Shown: positions 1 to 7,771, counted from the stretch's first letter. The stretch: DNA of 25,898 nucleotides from Parcubacteria group bacterium GW2011_GWA2_47_7 (GCA_000999395.1 LCOM01000005.1:553-26450), one strand, 5' to 3'. The notes: generated from the letters alone by a model not told the origin. Numbers and translations are program-made.

Positions 1-885
1 TTTTGCTGCGGTATCACTTCCATCAAAAAGCAGTGGGTAGATAAGCGCACCGGCAGGCATTTCATCTACCGCCCCAATGGAATACTTGCGCAATATCGCA
101 CTTCCAAGGAGTAGCTCGCTCATGCGCACTAGCTTATATTGATTTACTGTTTCGAGGGCGGTGAGCGCCGAAACCAGAAGTGTAAGCCCCTTCGGATTTT
201 TCAATTCATGGGACCCGCGCTCCCATAGTACTGCGCCGGAATCGATGTCTCCGACAATAAAGGAGGTCGCCGAGACATGCGGGGGGGTCCCGTCACCGTG
301 CAAATAATACCGTGACGATGTAGCAAACACTTCCTGTTTATCATCGGAAATCACCACAATTTTTGTCCCACTCGGAATGAAATCATATACCACTTTCGCG
401 TCAGCAGTAGAGAGACGAATGCACCCACCAGAATATCCAAGTGGAACACTCTCGCCACTCGTATATGTTGGCCAACCGTGTATAAAGAAGTTTCCATAGA
501 ACTGCATACTATAAGGCATCCATGTTCCCCCAATGGATGAATAATGTTTTACTTCTTTGGCTTGAATAACATATGTTCCAGAAGGCGTTTCCCATGGCGC
601 ACCAGGTCGCCCCTTCGAAAGAATAACGAAGGAATGCATCAGGACACCGTCCTGATAAAGCAAAACGTGCATTGACCCCAAATCAGCAATTAGTGATTTC
701 CCGATATGTGCAACTTGTGGAGTATTCAGGACAGGCTCATTACGAGCAAATTTGTACAATAATGCAGTCGAATCCCCAGCACTATTTTTCTGTAGGGGTA
801 ACAAAATACTCCCGCCGACAATGAATGCGAGGAGTGAAAGCCATGCCCCGACCAACAATAGCGTATGTCCACTCCGTGCTTTCAT
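1..885 (-). CDS. L,D-transpeptidase (YkuD domain) fused to a PBP5/S11-like C-terminal domain; the 3' end runs off the window
   Basis: I translated the minus frame by hand. It starts at ATG 885-883 with an N-terminal TM segment (TLLLVGAWLSLLAFIVGGSILL). The YkuD catalytic motif reads FIHGWPTYTSGESVPLGYSGGCIRL (His codon 478-480, Cys codon 421-423). A DD-carboxypeptidase-like stretch follows (VGDIDSGAVLWERGSHELKNPKGLTLLVSALTALE). The frame stays open to position 1. The ATG overlaps the upstream stop as ATGA at 882-885. Confidence 0.8.
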   Translation of the reverse strand, partial: MKARSGHTLLLVGAWLSLLAFIVGGSILLPLQKNSAGDSTALLYKFARNEPVLNTPQVAHIGKSLIADLGSMHVLLYQDGVLMHSFVILSKGRPGAPWETPSGTYVIQAKEVKHYSSIGGTWMPYSMQFYGNFFIHGWPTYTSGESVPLGYSGGCIRLSTADAKVVYDFIPSGTKIVVISDDKQEVFATSSRYYLHGDGTPPHVSATSFIVGDIDSGAVLWERGSHELKNPKGLTLLVSALTALETVNQYKLVRMSELLLGSAILRKYSIGAVDEMPAGALIYPLLFDGSDTAAK

Positions 886-1514
886 GACGTTTGAGAAAGT
901 AGCGTGCGCAGTCGACGAAACCCCTGCACCCAGAAAAAGAAAATGGTTCCCATAATGGCACCGAGTGTATCTGCCAGCATATCTTTCTGTGCATCCCAAA
1001 TATCCCCCTGACTTCCGAGATATGCCGCACCCGCGAGCGGATCAGCGTTAGCCGCGTAGATCCACTCAATAAGCTCGTAACTCATCGCAATGGTCGCTAT
1101 CACAAACACGGGATAGGTGAATAATAGAAATCGATTGGCAACAAGTCGTTTTGCGAGTAACCACTCCGCGACAGTAAAAGCATAGAAGCCAACCGAAAAA
1201 TGAGCGACGCGATCGAAATGATTTCGCGCAAATCCAAAATAATTCGTGACCCAATCAAATGGGACTTTTTCAAACGTATAATGACCACCGATAGTATGCA
1301 AAAAAATAAGCACCGCCATAAGCGCGTAGGCGGTGCTAGAAAAACGCACCCGCAGTGCATAGAGCACAAGAAGCGTCCCTACAATAATGATTACGGTAAT
1401 ATTTTCGACGAACCAAGTCTGCCGGTCAATCGGGTTTATCGCAAGAAAGAAAAATACCACACTATAAAGCCCGAGCAGTATGGCGGGAAACCTATGGGAC
1501 GTACGTGAAAGCAT
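882..1514 (-). CDS. DUF2238 / YjdF-family inner membrane protein
   Basis: The 210-aa ORF is multi-TM. It carries family-typical motifs as I recall them: GGHYTFEKVPFDW, RNHFDRVAHF, ELIEW and LGSQGDIWDAQKDM. Confidence 0.7.
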   Translation of the reverse strand: MLSRTSHRFPAILLGLYSVVFFFLAINPIDRQTWFVENITVIIIVGTLLVLYALRVRFSSTAYALMAVLIFLHTIGGHYTFEKVPFDWVTNYFGFARNHFDRVAHFSVGFYAFTVAEWLLAKRLVANRFLLFTYPVFVIATIAMSYELIEWIYAANADPLAGAAYLGSQGDIWDAQKDMLADTLGAIMGTIFFFWVQGFRRLRTLLSQTS

Positions 1515-1521
1515 ATACTCA

Positions 1522-1530
1522 AGTATAACA
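1522..1530 (-). promoter_or_regulatory. extended -10 box TGTTATACT, 7 nt upstream of ATG 1514 (leaderless-type promoter)
   Basis: The minus strand reads TAG TT TGTTATACT TGAGTAT ATG. The box sits directly after the DedA stop codon (1533-1535). No Shine-Dalgarno sequence can fit in the 7-nt gap. Confidence 0.5.
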
Positions 1531-1532
1531 AA

Positions 1533-2135
1533 CTATTGCTTGTCCTTGGAGTCCTGCTGCTCCCCTTCTAACATACGTTCACGCCGCCTTCGTATCCAAG
1601 CAGCAATCTGGATTAGGAGGGCAACAATAATAATCGTTGCCACAACATAGCCCTCGATTCTTCTCGCATGACGGACGAAATGTCCGATAGCACCGCCAAA
1701 TAGATAACCACCGAAAGCAAATAGTGGGGCCCAGAAGATGGCTCCAAGTGTGTCAAGGATAAAATAGCGCAGCCGACTCACATTACTTGTGCCGATTACA
1801 ATCGGCGTTATTGCGCGAAAACCATACATGAATCGTGAGCCAAATATCAGCCAATCACGGTAACGCTCCATCCATACATGTATCTTTTCGACACGTGCAT
1901 GCCACTCGGGATGCTTCGCGAGTACTTTTTTTCCCTTGTGTCTGCCAAAATAAAAAAAACACTGATCTCCAATCACTGCGCCGGCAATTGCGACCAGAAT
2001 GATGATACTCAGATGTAGATGACCCTGAAATGCTGCAAACCCAGCAAGCGCAACGACTGTTTCGCCCTCCAAGAGGGTACCAACAAACACCATGTAATAG
2101 CCATATTGCGCAATTAAGTCAACGAGGAAATGCAT
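1533..2135 (-). CDS. DedA family membrane protein
   Basis: The N-terminus has the DedA signature (YGYYMVFVGTLLEGETVVALAGFAA), and FGSRFMYGFRAITPIVIG follows. I chose ATG 2135 (MHFLVDL...) over the TTG at 2153 given in the ORF track. Confidence 0.85.
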   Translation of the reverse strand: MHFLVDLIAQYGYYMVFVGTLLEGETVVALAGFAAFQGHLHLSIIILVAIAGAVIGDQCFFYFGRHKGKKVLAKHPEWHARVEKIHVWMERYRDWLIFGSRFMYGFRAITPIVIGTSNVSRLRYFILDTLGAIFWAPLFAFGGYLFGGAIGHFVRHARRIEGYVVATIIIVALLIQIAAWIRRRRERMLEGEQQDSKDKQ

Positions 2136-2141
2136 TGCAAA

Positions 2142-2150
2142 AGTATAGCA
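2142..2150 (-). promoter_or_regulatory. extended -10 box TGCTATACT, 6 nt upstream of ATG 2135 (leaderless-type promoter)
   Basis: The minus strand reads TGCTATACT TTTGCA ATG. The box lies immediately downstream of the mscL terminator hairpin. Confidence 0.5.
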
Positions 2151-2156
2151 CAAAAG

Positions 2157-2177
2157 ATATCCGCATCGTGCGGATAT
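2157..2177 (-). terminator. intrinsic terminator after mscL
   Basis: A perfect 9-bp stem (ATATCCGCA, 3-nt loop, TGCGGATAT) is followed on the minus strand by CTTTTG. It lies 9 nt past the mscL stop codon. Confidence 0.55.
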
Positions 2178-2185
2178 TTTATGGC

Positions 2186-2557
2186 CTATTTCTTGAGTAA
2201 ATCACGAATTTCTGTGAGGAGCGTCACTTCCGCCGGAGGCTCAACGGACGCGGCAGGTTTGGCCTCTTCAGCTTTTTTAATCTTATTCATGGCCTTTACC
2301 ACAATGAAGAGGACGAATGCCACCACAGTGAAAATAAATAATGCCTGAATGAACTTTCCGTACGAGATAGTGGCACTCCCTACCGTGTAGGTTAGTCCTG
2401 AAAAATTGAGTCCTCCAGTCAGCACGCCGATAAGCGGCATGATAATATCCCCAACGAGTGAAGACACGATGGCGCCAAAAGCACCACCGATAACAATACC
2501 GATGGCCAAATCTACAACGCTTCCCTTCATCGCAAACGTTTTAAATTCTTGAAGCAT
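2186..2557 (-). CDS. mscL: large-conductance mechanosensitive channel MscL
   Basis: Starting at the internal ATG 2557, the product reads [44 protein letters not shown]. This is the canonical MscL N-terminus and TM1. The length of about 123 aa fits. Confidence 0.92.
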   Translation of the reverse strand: MLQEFKTFAMKGSVVDLAIGIVIGGAFGAIVSSLVGDIIMPLIGVLTGGLNFSGLTYTVGSATISYGKFIQALFIFTVVAFVLFIVVKAMNKIKKAEEAKPAASVEPPAEVTLLTEIRDLLKK

Positions 2558-2618
2558 AAAGCTAAATTTATACTGGATAGTGCAAAGAAAATATATCACG
2601 CTATTAACAAAATTCCAA

Positions 2619-2641
2619 TAAAAAACCCCCGGGTGGGGGGT
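2619..2641 (-). terminator. intrinsic terminator after the hydrolase gene
   Basis: The minus strand reads TGA CA CCCCC-CACCC-GGGGG TTTTTT. That is a 5-bp GC stem followed by a T6 run, beginning 2 nt after the stop codon. Confidence 0.5.
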
Positions 2642-2642
2642 G

Positions 2643-3728
2643 TCAGGATTGAAAAGTAATTTTTCGCCACCAGCGCAACAATATCTTCCTAATCTGCACA
2701 ATTCGCTTACTTATGAAAAAATAGGTGTCAGAAGTGAGTTCCATCGCCTCGTCCGCCATATTTTCATACTCCACATGCTCCCATGCATTGTGTTCGATTA
2801 TCTCATTCATCCACTTAAGAAAATCGTGCGCTACGTCTACTCGTCCGTCTTTCCCGTCGAGAAGCCCATGTTCCGCATTGGGATACACAATAAGTTTTTT
2901 TTTCTCTATCGGTGTCTTGATAAGCCCGACGGCATCTCTTACGTCTCCGACAGGAGCGGTGCGATCCTTTGCGCCATGAAGAAACAACCATGGCATAGTA
3001 ACGATGGGCAGTGCGCGCTTCGCCTCAATGCTTGCAACATGCATTTCCATGGCTGACCGTAGGTCAATTTTTTCGTTAAACTCCAATTTGTCTTCAAGGT
3101 CTCCTACCCCGATGTCCCCAACGGGAATGTCTGCCAAATAAGGAAGGTATGATGCCCAACGAGCGACACCCTCGATATACGGCTTCCATTTTTGAATCTT
3201 TGCCCCAGCGTTATGATCGACACGAAGTGGAAGCGCCATCGTGCAGGCACCGGCAATATACTTTTGCAAAGCCGGGTTTTCCTGAATAAAACGAAGGAAC
3301 GCAATGCCACCTGCGCTATAACAAACAACAAATGTGGGGATTGGTTTAACATACGGACGAGAAAGAGCCCGAAGTGTGAGCGCATATGCTGCCTCGACGA
3401 GACGACTGAAAAATCGTATCTTTCCCCTCAAGTATTCCTTGCCTTCCGGGACAGAAAGTCCGTGATACGGCATATCGCAATAAAAAAGATCACACTTGCC
3501 ATCCCTCTGCAAGATGTGCCGAAAATTTTGCATATCAGGCGTATCAGAGTGCTTGCTATAACCATGAAGAATGACCACGCGAGCACGCGCGGAACCCTCA
3601 GGAAGCTCTTTTTCTCCCTTACAGAGACGCAATAATGTCTTGCGATAACGATTCTTCAGAAAATGTCGAATCATTGACCCAGAAAGTTTTGTCGGTATGT
3701 CAGTCAATCTTTTCGGAGTGTCACTCAT
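2643..3728 (-). CDS. alpha/beta-fold hydrolase (lysophospholipase / dienelactone-hydrolase-like)
   Basis: The 361-aa ORF has an oxyanion region ([11 protein letters not shown]) and a nucleophile-elbow variant (VVCYSAGG). It also has an acid motif ([13 protein letters not shown]) and a His motif (NAEHGLL). A Shine-Dalgarno-like GGGGGA lies 4 nt before the ATG. Confidence 0.8.
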   Translation of the reverse strand: MSDTPKRLTDIPTKLSGSMIRHFLKNRYRKTLLRLCKGEKELPEGSARARVVILHGYSKHSDTPDMQNFRHILQRDGKCDLFYCDMPYHGLSVPEGKEYLRGKIRFFSRLVEAAYALTLRALSRPYVKPIPTFVVCYSAGGIAFLRFIQENPALQKYIAGACTMALPLRVDHNAGAKIQKWKPYIEGVARWASYLPYLADIPVGDIGVGDLEDKLEFNEKIDLRSAMEMHVASIEAKRALPIVTMPWLFLHGAKDRTAPVGDVRDAVGLIKTPIEKKKLIVYPNAEHGLLDGKDGRVDVAHDFLKWMNEIIEHNAWEHVEYENMADEAMELTSDTYFFISKRIVQIRKILLRWWRKITFQS

Positions 3729-3866
3729 GGAGTCCCCCTGTCAATAAACTGTTCTCTATTTAGACTATTCCTCATCGTGAACACCGTCAACCAAATCACC
3801 CACTTGTCTATTTGTGGCACAATGCTAGGATGTGGTGAGAAAAATTCTTTCACAAGCGAGAACATC

Positions 3867-4463
3867 ATGTCACTACCCAGCAATATCGCCATCGTACTGG
3901 TGATGCTCATCATTGGTATGGGCATCAAATTCTGGCTCGACCAGCAGCTAAAAATCAGACACAGGATTACGCTCATCGAATTACTCCTTATACACATCCT
4001 AGAGATTTCTCGCAAAACCACGAGAGCGTACATGCATGTCGAAAAAAATGAAGTACTCTTTAAGGTGTCGATTTCGAGTCGAAATTTCTTGTGTGATTGT
4101 GCTTGGCCGATCAATTTACCAAGCCTTGAAAAATCAGACGACGATACGAGAATATTACGCATTCTTGATGGACACATTGGACTACGGTGGAGCCACACGC
4201 TGAGAGAGCAGCTCCGGATTCTTGGAATTTCTCATGAACTCGAATCGACATTGTTGTTTGTGATTGAAGAGGACTCATGTGCGAATGAACAAGTACGAAA
4301 ACAACATGGTCTCTTCTATAAAACAGAAATAAAAGATGCATCGGGTGTAACGACTCTCGTTGCGGAAGGCATTTTGCCACGAACGGTACTGGAAAAAAAT
4401 AAGCACGACAAGCTCTACCAAGATATATTCGCCACGCTTGAACCTCTTGTTCAAGAACAATAA
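3867..4463 (+). CDS. hypothetical protein with an N-terminal membrane anchor
   Basis: The ORF is open from GTG 3777, with further candidate starts at ATG 3822 and ATG 3867. It has a TM segment (NIAIVLVMLIIGMGIKFWL), normal amino-acid composition, and a strong terminator right after the stop codon. I recognise no family. Confidence 0.5.
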   Translation: MSLPSNIAIVLVMLIIGMGIKFWLDQQLKIRHRITLIELLLIHILEISRKTTRAYMHVEKNEVLFKVSISSRNFLCDCAWPINLPSLEKSDDDTRILRILDGHIGLRWSHTLREQLRILGISHELESTLLFVIEEDSCANEQVRKQHGLFYKTEIKDASGVTTLVAEGILPRTVLEKNKHDKLYQDIFATLEPLVQEQ

Positions 4464-4470
4464 TTACCCC

Positions 4471-4493
4471 AACCCTACTTGAGTAGGGTTTTT
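4471..4493 (+). terminator. intrinsic terminator
   Basis: AACCCTAC TTGA GTAGGGTT forms a perfect 8-bp stem followed by TTT. It starts 8 nt after the stop codon at 4463. Confidence 0.75.
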
Positions 4494-4495
4494 AC

Positions 4496-4523
4496 TTGCA
4501 TGAATTTTTAATCATGCTAGCGT
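4496..4523 (+). promoter_or_regulatory. sigma70-like promoter: TTGCAT, 16-nt spacer, TGCTAGCGT
   Basis: The -35 box TTGCAT is at 4496-4501 and the extended -10 TGC TAGCGT is at 4515-4523. A downstream GGGGG at 4545-4549 is a plausible Shine-Dalgarno sequence, 7 nt before ATG 4557. Confidence 0.45.
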
Positions 4524-4556
4524 AGGAAAAGATGATCTTAACTTGGGGGCAATATC

Positions 4557-4979
4557 ATGGGACCAACCTGGGGCACACTATTTATCCTATTCGTTATGTT
4601 CGGCTTTTATTTCTCGTGGACAAGATACTGTCGCAAAGCAGATCTGGTGCAAAATCTCGTTGCCGTACTTCAAGAGATGAAACTCGACAAATACGAGGTT
4701 ACGGTCGAAGAGCACGAAGGAACCCAATTGCTTGAACTCAGAAATCCGACGACACGCATCCAGTACAAGCGCCTCGTCTCTGATGAGATACTTGTGTGTA
4801 GTCGGTTTTTTGCCAACAAAGAAGCATCCGGATCAAATACCGCCATCGTTTCGCGTCCAATAGACAGCATGGGCAATCTCAATCGCATTCAGTTTTTACG
4901 AACCAATGCTCTTATGGGAAAAATGCTCTATTACCAAGGGGGGGGAAATTCGAGGAAAAACCATTCGTCATTTATTTGA
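4557..4979 (+). CDS. hypothetical membrane-anchored protein, possibly truncated by a frameshift in a G8 tract
   Basis: The 140-aa ORF has an N-terminal TM segment (TLFILFVMFGFYFSW). A G8 run lies at 4938-4945. The frame read with one G fewer stays open for 39 more codons, to TAA 5062-5064, just upstream of a terminator. Confidence 0.5.
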   Translation: MGPTWGTLFILFVMFGFYFSWTRYCRKADLVQNLVAVLQEMKLDKYEVTVEEHEGTQLLELRNPTTRIQYKRLVSDEILVCSRFFANKEASGSNTAIVSRPIDSMGNLNRIQFLRTNALMGKMLYYQGGGNSRKNHSSFI

Positions 4980-5066
4980 TAGCATACAAAATGAGGTGAT
5001 TGGCCATTGGAAAAATTCTCTTTTGCGTGAAAATAACTCCAATACTCCAGAACAAGCCCAGTAAGG

Positions 5067-5091
5067 AAAACCACGACTCTGTGGTTTTTTT
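5067..5091. terminator. bidirectional intrinsic terminator
   Basis: AAAACCAC GACTCT GTGGTTTT forms a hairpin followed by TTT on the plus strand, and it is A-rich on the other side. It sits between the convergent genes ending at 4979/5064 and 5145. Confidence 0.7.
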
Positions 5092-5144
5092 ATTTATTCG
5101 ACATCGTACAATGTGCTGATGTGTGTTTCCTCACCAAGTTCAAA

Positions 5145-5765
5145 TTAACGATATTCGAACAGGTCATCTTCGGAAAACCGGAATTTCGGATATGTTGGTT
5201 CTACTGCGCGCATCCCAACGGCCACGTATGCAATTGAACGGATATGCGCGGGTAGTCCGAGGACCTTGTCGACAGCGACAGTGTCGAATCCTTCCATGGG
5301 ACACGCATCAATACCAAGCTCCGCCGCTGCCGCAAGGCCGAATCCAAACGCGATGTATGTCTGCTTTGATGCCCAAGCAAATGCAACTTCTTCCGTTCGG
5401 GAATCGAGCGCCCCATGCATCATATCAGCATAAGACTTCGTCGAAGCCTTTGCCTCAACATTTCCACCCGTCATTTCCTCAACATAGCCATCAACACGGG
5501 CAGCAAGATCAGTCCGAGCACAAAACACCAACAAATGAGAGGCATCAGTAACTTGGGACTGATCGTACGATATCGCACGGAGTTCTTTCCGAAGGGCGGG
5601 GTCCGTCACAACAACCACATGAAAGGGTTGCACACCAAAGGATGTTGGCGCGAAGCGTACCGCACGAATAATCTCATTCAACTGCTCACTGGTAAGTTTT
5701 TTCGTTGCATCAAATTTCTTTGTCGCAAAGCGCCAATCAAGGCGCGATAAAAATGTATTTGTCAT
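5145..5765 (-). CDS. nitroreductase-family NAD(P)H flavin oxidoreductase
   Basis: The 206-aa ORF reads RLDWRFATKKFD...LNEIIRAVRFAPTSFGVQPFHVVVV...YDQSQVTDASHLLVFCA...GIDACPMEGFD. This is the typical nitroreductase fold signature. Confidence 0.85.
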   Translation of the reverse strand: MTNTFLSRLDWRFATKKFDATKKLTSEQLNEIIRAVRFAPTSFGVQPFHVVVVTDPALRKELRAISYDQSQVTDASHLLVFCARTDLAARVDGYVEEMTGGNVEAKASTKSYADMMHGALDSRTEEVAFAWASKQTYIAFGFGLAAAAELGIDACPMEGFDTVAVDKVLGLPAHIRSIAYVAVGMRAVEPTYPKFRFSEDDLFEYR

Positions 5766-5771
5766 TGCGGA

Positions 5772-5799
5772 AGCTTAGCATACTAAGTATTTAATGCAA
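5772..5799 (-). promoter_or_regulatory. promoter TTGCAT, 16-nt spacer, TGCTAAGCT, 6 nt before ATG 5765 (leaderless-type)
   Basis: The minus strand reads TTGCAT TAAATACTTAGTA TGC TAAGCT TCCGCA ATG. Confidence 0.5.
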
Positions 5800-5884
5800 A
5801 GCTAGTTCGGAATGAGATTCCTGGCAAGAAGACTGGCGACAAATATCTCTTTTTCAGAGTAAGATGTCCCACAAACAGCATACT

Positions 5885-6049
5885 CTAGAGTACGTCCCCG
5901 CCGATTTTTATCACTAAAACCGCATTAAATGGAGCAACAACACCGACAATGAATGTGAACACCATGTTGAGCACTACAAGAATGCGGAGGCTCCTGTTCA
6001 TCGCAGCACCGGGAAATAGGAAATGGAAAACACGATGAATCAGTTTCAT
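5885..6049 (-). CDS. candidate 54-aa small membrane protein (below the ORF-track size cutoff)
   Basis: My hand translation gives MKLIHRVFHFLFPGAAMNRSLRILVVLNMVFTFIVGVVAPFNAVLVIKIGGDVL*. It is preceded by TATACT (6056-6061), then 6 nt, then ATG, the same geometry as the other leaderless-type genes. The hydrophobic core resembles the first TM segment of MFS transporters. Confidence 0.3.
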   Translation of the reverse strand: MKLIHRVFHFLFPGAAMNRSLRILVVLNMVFTFIVGVVAPFNAVLVIKIGGDVL

Positions 6050-6237
6050 TTACATAGTATACAGAACTACGCCCCTCTTTCACAAAAGACTCACCACCAT
6101 TTCTCGCCGACAAATTTAAGCCATGCTCGCTTACCATCCAGACGGCTACACAGAGCCAAATCGAGACGATGCGCATTTTACCCTATGCGCCGTAACCTAT
6201 TTGCGATAGCATCACATTACCTAAGAGAAGAAAAACG

Positions 6238-6804
6238 ATGGAGTCCCCGGATATACTGAAAGATTACATAGCGAAAGCAAGTACTGGCGACCGAGAGGCT
6301 TTTCGGGGTATTTTCGAAGCGGCAAACGACAAAGTCTTCCGTTTTCTTCTGGGGCAATTTCACGATCGCGACCAAGCGCTTGATACGCTCCAAGATGTCT
6401 TCATAGATATCTGGAAAGGTCTTCCGCGGTTTCGATATAAGAGCGATGAAGAGTTTTGGGGATTTGTCTTCCTGGTGGCACGCAGAAAAGTGTACGCATG
6501 CCGCAAGAATGCACACAAACAGCCGGTACCACTTGAGCGCGAAACGCTTGAATTTCTCCACGAAGAGACACTCCCCACTTCATCTCCTCACGAGGATTAC
6601 CGGATACTCGAGAGCGCGCTGACAAAAATGGGCACGATATCACGAGAGGTCATTGCACTACGCTATTGGTCGGAGCTTTCGTTCAAAGAGATCGCACTCG
6701 CAATGAATACAACGGAAAATAGTGCAAAGGTACGTCACCATCGTGCGCTTAAAGAATTACAAACTTATCTCCCCGCCGTGTATGTCGAACAACAATTTAC
6801 ATAA
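6238..6804 (+). CDS. RNA polymerase sigma factor, ECF (sigma-70 group 4) subfamily
   Basis: Region 2 reads AFRGIFEAANDKVFRFLLGQFHDRDQALDTLQDVFIDIWKGLPRF. The region 4 helix-turn-helix reads REVIALRYWSELSFKEIALAMNTTENSAKVRHHRALKELQ. Confidence 0.9.
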   Translation: MESPDILKDYIAKASTGDREAFRGIFEAANDKVFRFLLGQFHDRDQALDTLQDVFIDIWKGLPRFRYKSDEEFWGFVFLVARRKVYACRKNAHKQPVPLERETLEFLHEETLPTSSPHEDYRILESALTKMGTISREVIALRYWSELSFKEIALAMNTTENSAKVRHHRALKELQTYLPAVYVEQQFT

Positions 6805-6805
6805 T

Positions 6806-7672
6806 ATGGAAAAACACATTGCGCAACGAAGGCCGGCAGGAATGTCCGTCGACGAAAAAAAACGCGTGTGGAATACTATTGAGCAGGGATTAACGTTCCA
6901 GTCATTGCCCTTTTCGTACACAACACTCTGGAAAAACACACGTATAAGATTTGCGGCAATCATCTTTGGACTGCTGATGTTATCTGGCGGAGCCGCCACC
7001 GCATATGCAAGCAACGCCAAGCCTGGTGATATCCTGTTCCCCGTTCTCGTCGCACAAGAAAAAGCACAGATTCTTTTCGTGGGTGATGAGGCAAAGAAGG
7101 AAGAACTCCGTGTGCAGTTTGCACACAAACGTCTCTCTGAGGTACGTGAGCTCGCCGCATTAGCAGATGAGACACTGGATGATAAGGGTGGCGCGGAGCT
7201 TACACACGAAGATGCAACCAGCTCACGTGATATCGTGAAAACGCACGTGGACCCTTCTCTGGAAACAATGAAGCGTGAGGAACGAGTAAAACGGGGTCGA
7301 GAGATTGCATTAAGGGAACTTGAGGTAACGCGCGCGCTGTTTGATCGAGATGGCAAAGAGAAATCACGAAACACCATCGACGATATCATCACTGAGATTC
7401 ATGCTGTTTCCCCACAAGGGGAGCGTAGTAAAATTTATTTTGAAGGAGAAGTAGCGAAGTGGGTACTCAAAGAGAACGACCAAGGCAACAAAGAACACTC
7501 CGCCTCGACATCAAGCGATATCATCAAAAAAGAAAAAAGGGACAACCGGAGCGGTACCGAAGAAGAAACTAAAGATTCAGGAGTCTATACAGACACTGAG
7601 AATGAAAACCAAGGGCGGGATAGTGACACCACCGAAGGAGTCGTGGAAAGGGACACCGAAAACAACGGCTAA
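6806..7672 (+). CDS. single-pass membrane protein with a DUF5667-like domain; candidate anti-sigma partner
   Basis: ATG 6806 lies 1 nt after the sigma factor stop codon. The protein has a TM segment (IRFAAIIFGLLMLSGGAATAYA). It then has PGDILFPVLVAQEKAQILF...RVQFAHKRLSEVRELAA and an acidic low-complexity tail. The ORF track starts it earlier, at 6722, overlapping the sigma gene. Confidence 0.6.
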   Translation: MEKHIAQRRPAGMSVDEKKRVWNTIEQGLTFQSLPFSYTTLWKNTRIRFAAIIFGLLMLSGGAATAYASNAKPGDILFPVLVAQEKAQILFVGDEAKKEELRVQFAHKRLSEVRELAALADETLDDKGGAELTHEDATSSRDIVKTHVDPSLETMKREERVKRGREIALRELEVTRALFDRDGKEKSRNTIDDIITEIHAVSPQGERSKIYFEGEVAKWVLKENDQGNKEHSASTSSDIIKKEKRDNRSGTEEETKDSGVYTDTENENQGRDSDTTEGVVERDTENNG

Positions 7673-7716
7673 TTAGAGGATGCTGTAGAGCAGAAACAGA
7701 CAGGCGGAGAGATACA

Positions 7717-7759
7717 TTATCCACAGGTTATCGGAAAGTTTTCCACATGTTTATACACC
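7717..7759 (+). promoter_or_regulatory. cluster of three co-oriented DnaA-box-like 9-mers
   Basis: TTATCCACA (7717-7725) is a perfect consensus box. TTTTCCACA (7739-7747) and TTATACACC (7751-7759) each differ from TTATNCACA at one position. Confidence 0.4.
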
Positions 7760-7771
7760 GCGACGTAACCA

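Noticed and set aside
3725-4198. 157-aa minus-strand ORF whose stop codon overlaps the hydrolase ATG as ATGA, which looks like translational coupling
   Set aside because: Its product is Ser/Met/Cys-rich with odd composition. It lies antisense to a plus-strand ORF that has normal composition, a TM helix and its own terminator. I treat it as a shadow frame.
4532-4735. 67-aa ORF starting 8 nt after the TAGCGT -10 box, which has leaderless-type geometry
   Set aside because: The product is Arg-rich and unstructured-looking. It overlaps the better ORF at 4557, which has a GGGGG Shine-Dalgarno sequence and a TM helix.
6011-6070. Possible ECF-type promoter (GGAAAT or GAAC followed by about 16 nt and CGT) upstream of the sigma factor gene
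   Set aside because: The candidate -35 and -10 pairs do not match the GGAAC/CGT consensus at the right spacing. They also sit about 200 nt from the ATG, so the evidence is too weak to call.
5925-6259. The 83-aa minus-strand ORF and the 78-aa plus-strand ORF listed in the long spacer upstream of the sigma factor gene
   Set aside because: Both have poor composition (Cys/His/Arg-rich) and no promoter or Shine-Dalgarno geometry. The shorter 54-aa ORF in another frame is the only candidate with start-site support.
6757-7392. 211-aa antisense ORF inside the DUF5667-like gene
   Set aside because: It is Ser/Arg-rich, typical of the reverse frame of an acidic Glu/Asp/Lys-rich gene, and it has no start-site signals.
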